Assembly: GCA_905236845.1 (NCBI GenBank)
Contig: CAJOQM010000040.1
Location: forward strand, 28,050-92,049
From: an uncultured Lachnospiraceae bacterium
GTDB taxonomy: Bacteria; Bacillota; Clostridia; Lachnospirales; Lachnospiraceae
DNA length: 64,000 nucleotides
Direction of reading: 5' to 3'
Made by a program: the position numbers and the translations under genes. Of this stretch, positions 55,411-62,604 are shown one piece after another (positions within the stretch are counted from its first letter, which is position 1; each line of letters opens with the position of its first letter). The notes under the pieces were generated by a model. The model saw nothing but the letters and a program-made list of their open reading frames with translations, did no database searches and was not told the origin of the DNA.

Positions 55411-56184
55411 ATGAGCGTATCAGGAGTAGGTTCTTCATCAAATATTTACAGTCAGCTTGCAAGCGGAAGCCAGCTTATGACGGCTGCCGACAATGCTGCA
55501 GGAGTAGCCATCACGGAGCAGATGGAAGCGCAGATAAACGGCTATGATGCAGGCACACAAAATCTGGAGTCGCAGCAGGACGCATTAAATATCGCAGACG
55601 GTGCGACCCAGTCCATAATTGATTACGTACAGCGTATAAGAGAACTGGCTTTGCAGGCATCAAACAGTGCGCTTATGAGCTCTTCCGATCTTGATGCGAT
55701 TCAGACGGAGATAGACCAGCTTAAGCAGGGCATTAGCGATGTAGCATCCCAGACTTCGTATAATACGAACAGTCTCCTGGATGAGGACACATCCTTTGAT
55801 GCCGCCACAAGTGCAAGCGGATCATCAAACACCATAAGCACGTACAATTCCACTTTAGAGGCTCTTGGTCTTGCGGATTTTGATGTGACGGGTGATTTTG
55901 ATATTTCGGTTCTTGATGATGCATTGGAGACTCTGACAAGCAGCCTTTCAAGCTATGGCGCACAGAGCAACGCCATTGACTATACTACGCTTTACAATTC
56001 AAGCACTGCTTACAACACGGCGTCGGCTCAAAGCCGTATAGAGGATCTTGACTATCCCCAGGCTGTATCCGAAAAGGAAAAGGAGAGACTCCTTCAGGCG
56101 TATACCTATATGGTTGAGAAGCACAAGAGAGAAGATAAAGAGAACGAAGTCAGGAATATTCTTGATACAAGCTGGGTTAAGTAA
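55411..56184 (+). CDS. Short, atypical flagellin homologue
   Basis: GGAGG RBS. N-domain TAADNAAGVAITEQMEAQINGYDAGTQNL..ALNIADGA..IQRIRELALQASN. C-domain YGAQSNAIDY..SAQSRIEDLDY. It has no variable domain. The extreme N- and C-terminal D0 segments are short and charged. Confidence 0.75.
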   Translation: MSVSGVGSSSNIYSQLASGSQLMTAADNAAGVAITEQMEAQINGYDAGTQNLESQQDALNIADGATQSIIDYVQRIRELALQASNSALMSSSDLDAIQTEIDQLKQGISDVASQTSYNTNSLLDEDTSFDAATSASGSSNTISTYNSTLEALGLADFDVTGDFDISVLDDALETLTSSLSSYGAQSNAIDYTTLYNSSTAYNTASAQSRIEDLDYPQAVSEKEKERLLQAYTYMVEKHKREDKENEVRNILDTSWVK

Positions 56185-56187
56185 GGA

Positions 56188-57219
56188 TTAAAAATCAGGA
56201 ATATAGCGGTTTTTATCAGATATATACAGTCTGTTTACAATGGCGTTTTCCCCGGAATATTTAAGGGAAAGCACTGTTTTTTGCTTATCCGACATATCAA
56301 CGGAGGTATCAGTCAAATCTCCGGGTTCGTCTGTTAAATTACCGATGGCTGTAAGCTTCCCGAGAAATTCCGGATCAAAAGCTTTTTCCGGAGGAACGAA
56401 ACGATGTATGAATTGAAGCATCTGCCTTGATAAAGAAGAGTTCCGGGCATTTGCTCCGGGCATATCATAGTTTTCCTCTATTCTGTCTGTATCAGCACCT
56501 GCAATGCGTAAAACATCATGAATCTGCACGTTTGAATCTATAGGATTATATCCGTATACGGTAAGATTTGCACCAGGATATGAGGATTTAATTAAATCTA
56601 AAATAGATTTATATGATAGGGTTTGATTATAACGCATATATAACTCATCAAATGAAGGCATATGGGGGAAATTATCCTCCGGCCATGGGGCTTTCATATA
56701 TTGATTATACATAGATTTAACATACTCATCCTGGCGCCTTAAATATATAATAATGCTAATCTTATCAAATTTCGATTTAAGAATATTATTAAGGCGCTCA
56801 TGAAGAGATTTTGCAATTGTATCAAAGACAGCCTGATCCGGGAGCCCGCCTTTATAGTTATTTCCGTATAGTCCGACAGCTGTTCTGAACACTTCACTAA
56901 ATAAACCTTCATGTGAGATAATAATAGTATTTGATGATTTATTTAATGCATGATTTAACATTTGTGCAAGTAATCTTTCAGTTTCGTCTTTTATCCGGCG
57001 GCATATTGAACTGCTTGAAAGATTGTCTATAAGCCCCATATTTTCCAGGGTTTCTCTTAAAAGAGCATAGGAAAATATAACATGAGAATAAAAGGGAGCC
57101 TCATATGCTCCTGTATAAGAAATACCATTTTCCTCCAGTTTTTCCCGGTTTTTGTAAAGAAAATTTTGAAGATAGGTAGAGCCTGTTTTCATATTTCCCA
57201 TATGTAATATAATATTCAT
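56188..57219 (-). CDS. Sulfotransferase-fold protein (putative), unknown substrate
   Basis: N-terminal HMGNMKTGSTYLQ resembles the 5'-PSB loop. IIIYLRRQDEYVKSMYNQ resembles the 3'-PB motif. No TM is present. Its stop lies 3 nt from the flagellin stop. Confidence 0.45.
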   Translation of the reverse strand: MNIILHMGNMKTGSTYLQNFLYKNREKLEENGISYTGAYEAPFYSHVIFSYALLRETLENMGLIDNLSSSSICRRIKDETERLLAQMLNHALNKSSNTIIISHEGLFSEVFRTAVGLYGNNYKGGLPDQAVFDTIAKSLHERLNNILKSKFDKISIIIYLRRQDEYVKSMYNQYMKAPWPEDNFPHMPSFDELYMRYNQTLSYKSILDLIKSSYPGANLTVYGYNPIDSNVQIHDVLRIAGADTDRIEENYDMPGANARNSSLSRQMLQFIHRFVPPEKAFDPEFLGKLTAIGNLTDEPGDLTDTSVDMSDKQKTVLSLKYSGENAIVNRLYISDKNRYIPDF

Positions 57220-57283
57220 GGTTTTATTTTATACATAATATGATAGAATAACAAGTGCAAAATATAGATAAAGGAGAATTGCT

Positions 57284-58477
57284 ATGAGCCTTAATGAAAC
57301 GCCTTCAGGCGAAAGAGTCCATATTTCTTTTTTTGGATGCAGGAATGCGGGGAAGTCGAGTCTTGTAAACGCTGTTACAAACCAGGAGCTGTCCGTTGTT
57401 TCTGATGTCCGGGGTACGACTACAGATCCGGTACGTAAAGCCATGGAGCTGCTTCCAATAGGACCTGTTCTTATAATAGATACTCCTGGATTTGACGACG
57501 AAGGCTCTCTGGGAGAACTCCGTATTATAAAAACAAAGCAAATTCTTAATAAAACAGATATTGCTGTATTAGTAACGGATGCCGCTTTTCCTTTAAATGA
57601 CACCGATAATGAATTAATCGCCCTTTTTAAGGAAAAAGAAATTCCTTATATAATCGCACATAATAAATCCGATTTATTGGATAATATTCCAAACGCTTCA
57701 GATAACGAGATCTGGACAAGCGCCCTAAAAAAAGATAATATCGACGATTTAAAAGAAATGATAGGACGTCTGTCTAAATCGGATAAAAAGGAAAATCCTC
57801 TTGTGTCTGATTTAATTAAGCCCGGAAGCTTTGTGGTACTTGTGATTCCCATTGATAAATCCGCACCCAAAGGCCGCCTTATATTGCCACAGCAACAGGT
57901 GATCAGGGATATATTAGATCATGGCTCAATCGCAGTCTGTCTGCAGGAGCCTGAGCTTGCAAATGTGCTGAATAATCCGGATTTAAAGATAGATCTTGTA
58001 ATTACAGACAGCCAGATATTTGGTTCAGTATCAAAAATTGTGCCCGAAAGAATACATTTGACCTCGTTTTCAATTTTGATGGCAAGATACAAAGGCTTGC
58101 TTAACACAGCGGTAAAGGGTGTAAAAGCCATAGAAAGCATTAAGGACGGCGATTGCATCCTGATATCCGAGGGCTGTACCCATCACAGGCAATGCGAAGA
58201 TATAGGCACTGTAAAGATACCTAAATGGCTAAAAGAATCTACCGGAAAAGATATAAAGATTGAAACATCCTCCGGTCAGGGGTTCCCGGAAGATCTTTCA
58301 AAATATGCATTGATAATCCATTGCGGAGGATGTATGTTAAATCAGCGTGAAGTATTATACAGAATGAAATGCGCCGAAGATCAAAATATCCCCATAACGA
58401 ATTATGGAACAGCAATTGCATATATGAAAGGAATATTGGAAAGATCTGTTGCGATGCTTGAAATCCCCGGAAAATAG
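57284..58477 (+). CDS. hydF: [FeFe]-hydrogenase H-cluster maturation GTPase HydF
   Basis: GTPase motifs GCRNAGKSSLVN, DTPGFDD and HNKSD. The C-terminal FeS ligand pattern is CTHH...HCGGC. Confidence 0.88.
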   Translation: MSLNETPSGERVHISFFGCRNAGKSSLVNAVTNQELSVVSDVRGTTTDPVRKAMELLPIGPVLIIDTPGFDDEGSLGELRIIKTKQILNKTDIAVLVTDAAFPLNDTDNELIALFKEKEIPYIIAHNKSDLLDNIPNASDNEIWTSALKKDNIDDLKEMIGRLSKSDKKENPLVSDLIKPGSFVVLVIPIDKSAPKGRLILPQQQVIRDILDHGSIAVCLQEPELANVLNNPDLKIDLVITDSQIFGSVSKIVPERIHLTSFSILMARYKGLLNTAVKGVKAIESIKDGDCILISEGCTHHRQCEDIGTVKIPKWLKESTGKDIKIETSSGQGFPEDLSKYALIIHCGGCMLNQREVLYRMKCAEDQNIPITNYGTAIAYMKGILERSVAMLEIPGK

Positions 58478-58488
58478 GGGATTTTTTG
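58463..58488 (+). terminator. Rho-independent terminator of hydF
   Basis: AATCCCC (58463-58469) pairs with GGGGATT (58478-58484), running into TTTTTT. The stop codon sits in the loop. Confidence 0.6.
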
Positions 58489-58532
58489 CTATTTCTTTTC
58501 GTTAAAGCAGGATTTAACGCATAAATAGATGC

Positions 58533-58548
58533 CGCTCTTACCCGGTTT
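58533..58548. repeat. Left copy of the 16-bp direct repeat CGCTCTTACCCGGTTT
   Basis: Identical to 60943-60958. The pair brackets the Fic gene and the IS30 remnant. Confidence 0.6.
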
Positions 58549-58655
58549 GTTAATTGAAATATTAAATGCTCATGTGCATAATTTAATGCAATAATGTAGC
58601 ATTTACTCTTTCTTAAAAAAGCAAATGCTACCCTTATTACTTTTTATAACAGTTT

Positions 58656-59789
58656 TTATAAAAGTTTTAAGATTGATGGACAATAATAGGTCGTATTTCT
58701 CGTTTTTTCATCTTTTTCCAAGATTCCATTATCTATAAAATCATCTAATATGTTATATAAAGTTGCTTTGCTTCCGGGAATCGAATTTTGCATTTGTTTA
58801 GCCTTAAATGCAGGCTTTTTAAATATTTCGTCTAGTAGGGTTATAGCATATTTTGAACTCATCTCATTTATACATATTTCTTTATATTCATTATATTTAT
58901 ATAGTATAGTTTGAGCTTTTAAAGTATTAAGTTCCGCTTGTTGTATTACGCCTTCAAGAAAATATATAATCCATTCGATGTAATTGTCTGACCTTGAAAC
59001 ATCTGATAGTTTATTTAAATACAAATTTCTGTCTTTTTCAAAATAAGCACTCATGTAAAATGTTGGAACAGGAAGCATATCTCTATAATATAAAAATAAC
59101 GGAATCATCAACCTGCCTATTCTTCCGTTTCCGTCTTTAAACGGGTGTATCATTTCAAATTGGCAATGTATTAAAGCTGCTTGTATCAATATATCAATTT
59201 CTTCGTAGTGAATATAATTTTCTAAATTTGTCATATATTCTAATGTCAATTCTGGAGGAAGCGGTGTAAAAGTTATCGTTTCAGCATTTCCAATATAGTT
59301 CTGCTCTTTTTTGAATTCTCCCGGGCTTTTGCTTTGCCCTCTAACATTATCTAAAAGTATTTTATGCATTTCTTTTATAAGCCGAGAGCTAAGAGGTAAT
59401 TTGTGAACCCCTTCTTCTGAACTATCAGATATTGTAGACATTTTATCTAAAGCAAAAAATAGAGCTGAACGATAATTCATTATCTCCTGCATTTCATCTT
59501 TTGAAATAGAAACATTATTTCCGGCATCATAGTTTATAAAATCCTCTATTGTTGCGTGTGTTCCTTCTAATTTTGATGATAACACAGCTTCTTGTGAAAC
59601 TAGTGGTGACATTAAAAGCATAGGATTTATTGTATTTATTAGAAATCCTCTATATGCTCCCATTGCATTGTTTGCTTTTGAAATAAGCCTTATAATTCTT
59701 GTGTCACATAGTATATCAGACAAATCCAATGGTAAATTGCTAGGAATGTGAGGCGACGGCATAGAAAATTCATTTAATTCGATATTCAT
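58656..59789 (-). CDS. Fic family protein (AMPylase-type) with N-terminal inhibitory motif and C-terminal winged-helix
   Basis: Fic motif HPFKDGNGRIGR. N-terminal SSKLEG fits the (S/T)xxxE(G/N) auto-inhibition helix. GGAGG RBS. The gene is visibly more AT-rich than its neighbours. Confidence 0.88.
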   Translation of the reverse strand: MNIELNEFSMPSPHIPSNLPLDLSDILCDTRIIRLISKANNAMGAYRGFLINTINPMLLMSPLVSQEAVLSSKLEGTHATIEDFINYDAGNNVSISKDEMQEIMNYRSALFFALDKMSTISDSSEEGVHKLPLSSRLIKEMHKILLDNVRGQSKSPGEFKKEQNYIGNAETITFTPLPPELTLEYMTNLENYIHYEEIDILIQAALIHCQFEMIHPFKDGNGRIGRLMIPLFLYYRDMLPVPTFYMSAYFEKDRNLYLNKLSDVSRSDNYIEWIIYFLEGVIQQAELNTLKAQTILYKYNEYKEICINEMSSKYAITLLDEIFKKPAFKAKQMQNSIPGSKATLYNILDDFIDNGILEKDEKTRNTTYYCPSILKLL

Positions 59790-59870
59790 GTTAAACCTCC
59801 TTAGTTTAATGAATAGGATATTATTAGAACAAATAATTTTTAGTCTAAAAAAAACAATATTTTTAGATTA

Positions 59871-59899
59871 TAATATCTCACAGTCTAAAAAATGTCAAA
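59871..59899 (-). promoter_or_regulatory. Promoter of the fic gene with repeated TTTTTTAGAC motifs
   Basis: Minus strand: TTGACA (59894-59899), 17-nt spacer, TATTAT (59871-59876). AGTCTAAAAAA occurs at 59843-59853 and 59883-59893, and an inverted GTCTAAA lies near 59927. Confidence 0.45.
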
Positions 59900-59964
59900 T
59901 ATTTAAACTTAAAGTCAAATGAAAATTTAGACAATTCAACAATAATGATTTAATATAAATCAAA

Positions 59965-60750
59965 ACATTTCTTTACTCCTGCAGGTTAATGTAATCAAGG
60001 AGGTGCGCTATGAAGAATAAGCATTTAACCCTTAGTGACCGTATCACTATTCAAGAGATGTTAGAACGAAACCAGAGTTTCAGAGCTATAGCAAAAGCTC
60101 TTGACAAGTCAGTAACCTCAATTAGCCGTGAAATCAGGCGAAACCGCTATAAAAAGTCAAAAGCAAACTTCCGTGCGCTATGTGTAAAAACCACAGATTG
60201 CAGGCTGACGCATCTGTGTGGTGATGATTCCTGCCGTAATTTTTGCGCTCAATGCATGGAGGTCTGCAACACGGATAAATGTCCTGAATACGAGCCAAGA
60301 ATATGTCCCAACCACAACAACGCTCCTTTCGTATGTAATGGCTGTGATGAGGAAAAGCGTAGGCAATGCCGCTACGAACGCTACTACTACGATGCCCGGT
60401 TAGCACAATCTGCATACGAAAAGACATTAAGCTCATCAAGAGAAGGCGTATCCCTGTCGGTTGATGAAATGGAGCGCATAATACCACAGGGAAAGAATTT
60501 CGATATCCTTCAACAATCCGATGCTGATTTGATAGCCAATAACATAAATAGCTATCCGAGAGTAAATCTTAACAATACTACTCCATACAAACTTGCCGAA
60601 CTATTGATAGGAAAACCATTTTTAGAAAATCTTGGGTACTATGAAATAAGTAGAGATGAGGTTATCTTAAAGCCCTCACTACTGGATAAAAGATTAAGAT
60701 AGTCAAAAAACTAATAACTACCGATAATCTTGCAGGAGTAAATGAAACAT
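59965..60750 (+). mobile_element. Internally deleted IS30-family insertion sequence (non-autonomous derivative)
   Basis: Inverted repeats TTTACTCCTGCAGG (59972-59985) and CTTGCAGGAGTAAA (60729-60742) flank a 230-aa ORF that has the IS30 N- and C-termini but no DDE core. The outer boundaries are approximate. Confidence 0.6.
60010..60702 (+). pseudogene. IS30-family transposase lacking the catalytic DDE domain (in-frame internal deletion)
   Basis: N-terminal HTH (LTLSDRITIQEMLERNQSFRAIAKALDKSVTSISREIRRN), a Cys-rich segment, then a direct jump to the family C-terminus (IPQGKNFD..INSYPRVNLNNTTPYKL..ILKPSLL). Confidence 0.6.
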
Positions 60751-60942
60751 ATCCTTATAAATAACAGGGATGTTGCATTTATTTTTTCAAGAAAATATCG
60801 ACATCCTCGCTTAAAATGCGCCTTTCTTAAAATTGTTCCCCGATATCTATAGTAAACACATCCCTATAAAATGCCATTGTGCTGCACTTACCGTTTCATA
60901 AAACATTCTGTTTCAAAGTGTAGCATTTAGTTCTGCAAGTAA

Positions 60943-60958
60943 CGCTCTTACCCGGTTT
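60943..60958. repeat. Right copy of the 16-bp direct repeat CGCTCTTACCCGGTTT
   Basis: Identical to 58533-58548. It is followed by a partial tandem ACCCGGCTTT. Confidence 0.6.
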
Positions 60959-61082
60959 ACCCGGCTTTGCACACGCTCATCCTCGCATCATTCTCTCGAA
61001 AATATCGACGGCAAAGCAACCAAATACATACTAACGCACGCAACAACAAAGTCCGGGCATCAAAACAATCCTTCAATCAATA

Positions 61083-61397
61083 TCATTTTCTGTACGGAAG
61101 GCACAGATAAGCCCCTGCGGTTATGTTGTCCGGGGAATCCAGTCTGTTAATATATACGATTTCATCTATATATTCATCCAATGTATCATAACCTTTATTC
61201 ATATGATCGGATGCGATTTGTGTCAGAGTCTGCCCTTCCTGTATTCTTACCGAGGTATATCTAACTTTTGAGGCGTTTGTATCAGCTAAGGTTCTTAATG
61301 CAAAAAATCCCATCATTAAGACAAAAATCAACGTAAATCCAATTATTGCCCGTAATACTTTTCTTTTGTAATCCGATACTGATGCAAATCTTCTCAT
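61083..61397 (-). CDS. YneA-like LysM-domain SOS cell-division inhibitor
   Basis: 104 aa. N-terminal TM plus LysM (YTSVRIQEGQTLTQIASDH..INRL..ITAGAYLCLPY). It is divergent from lexA and has LexA boxes in its promoter. Confidence 0.75.
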   Translation of the reverse strand: MRRFASVSDYKRKVLRAIIGFTLIFVLMMGFFALRTLADTNASKVRYTSVRIQEGQTLTQIASDHMNKGYDTLDEYIDEIVYINRLDSPDNITAGAYLCLPYRK

Positions 61398-61437
61398 AAC
61401 AAAACCTCCTCGTACCTCTTAAAAAAAATCATATAGC

Positions 61438-61497
61438 GAACATCTATTCCGAACGACTGTTCTCGAACATATTATCACCCGAACGATTGTTTGTCAA
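61438..61497 (-). promoter_or_regulatory. yneA-like promoter with four tandem LexA (Cheo) boxes
   Basis: Minus strand: TTGACA (61492-61497), 17-nt spacer, TAATAT (61469-61474). GAAC-N4-GTTC-type boxes: GAACATCTATTC at 61438-61449, GAACGACTGTTC (perfect) at 61451-61462, GAACATATTATC at 61465-61476, and GAACGATTGTTT at 61481-61492. Confidence 0.75.
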
Positions 61498-61517
61498 TAG
61501 TTTTTGCAAAAATTTTC

Positions 61518-61569
61518 GAACAAAATTTCGGAATATATGTTTGCTTTTTCTCCGAACATATGTTATAAT
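61518..61569 (+). promoter_or_regulatory. lexA promoter with two LexA boxes (autoregulation)
   Basis: TTGCTT (61541-61546), 17-nt spacer, TATAAT (61564-61569). Boxes GAACAAAATTTC (61518-61529) and CGAACATATGTTA (61553-61565), the second overlapping the -10. Confidence 0.75.
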
Positions 61570-61610
61570 GCATTTGTATTTATTTTTTCTGTAAGCAAAG
61601 GAGGTTTTAT

Positions 61611-62228
61611 ATGGCCGGAAACGGAAAAATCACAAAAAAACAATCCGAAATATTGGAATGTCTCAAAAATCATATTTTAAGCAAGGGCTACCCTCCCACT
61701 GTCAGGGAGATTTGTGAAGCTGTGGATCTGCGCTCTACTTCTTCTGTACATGCCCATCTTGAAACGCTGGAGAAGAACGGATACATCACCCGGGATCCTA
61801 CAAAGCCCAGGGCTATCGAGATTAATGATGATGCATTCAATCTTACCCGCCGTGAAGTGGTAAATGTACCCCTGGTAGGACAGGTTGCTGCGGGTATGCC
61901 TATTCTTGCTACGGAAAATATCGAAAATTATTTTCCCATTCCCTCCGAATATATGCCGAATGCCCAGACTTTTATGCTTAAAGTCAAGGGTGAAAGCATG
62001 ATTAACGCCGGAGTTATGGACGGAGACATTATTATAGTCCAGCAAGCTGATGTGGCGAGAAACGGTGATATGGTGGTTGCCCTGGTGGAGGATTCTGCTA
62101 CCGTAAAGACGTTCTATAAAGAAGAAGGCCATATCAGACTTCAGCCCGAGAATGACACCATGGATCCCATTATAGTCGATGACGTGGCTATTATGGGCAA
62201 GGTGATCGGACTGCTCAGATTTTATTAA
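61611..62228 (+). CDS. lexA: LexA repressor
   Basis: N-terminal wHTH (GYPPTVREICEAVDLRSTSSVHAHLETLEKNGYI), cleavage site VAAGMP, and catalytic GESM and ATVKTF (Ser/Lys). Confidence 0.95.
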   Translation: MAGNGKITKKQSEILECLKNHILSKGYPPTVREICEAVDLRSTSSVHAHLETLEKNGYITRDPTKPRAIEINDDAFNLTRREVVNVPLVGQVAAGMPILATENIENYFPIPSEYMPNAQTFMLKVKGESMINAGVMDGDIIIVQQADVARNGDMVVALVEDSATVKTFYKEEGHIRLQPENDTMDPIIVDDVAIMGKVIGLLRFY

Positions 62229-62260
62229 AAATGTTATAATGCGTTCCCCATAACGCAAAT

Positions 62261-62303
62261 ATACCCTGCGGCAATCAGGATTTCCCGATAAACCGCAGGG
62301 TAT
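62261..62303. terminator. 11-bp hairpin between convergent lexA and ACP genes (possible bidirectional terminator, no clear T-run)
   Basis: ATACCCTGCGG (62261-62271) pairs with CCGCAGGGTAT (62293-62303), with a 21-nt loop. Confidence 0.3.
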
Positions 62304-62352
62304 AATTATAAGAAGGGTTTATGTGATTTTTCTATAATGCGTTTGTATAGAT

Positions 62353-62580
62353 TTATTCATCCTGCAGGCGCTGAATCATATCCCACATACCTTCTACGCT
62401 GTTAAAGTTTGCGGGAATGATTTCCTCGGCAGGAACGCTTATATCATATTCATCGTTAATCTCTGCTATGATCTGAAGGACGGTAAGTGAATCAATATAT
62501 TTACCGTCTACAAGATCCTTTGTGTTTTCGAAATCAACGTCGTCTCTGATGTCAGCTAAAATTTCAAGTAAAGTATCCAT
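62353..62580 (-). CDS. Acyl/peptidyl carrier protein (phosphopantetheine attachment site)
   Basis: 75 aa, acidic. The DSL motif (YIDSLTVLQIIAEI) is at the start of helix 2. GGAG RBS. Confidence 0.75.
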   Translation of the reverse strand: MDTLLEILADIRDDVDFENTKDLVDGKYIDSLTVLQIIAEINDEYDISVPAEEIIPANFNSVEGMWDMIQRLQDE

Positions 62581-62604
62581 GTCTGTTCTCCTTTCAAAAA
62601 CAAT

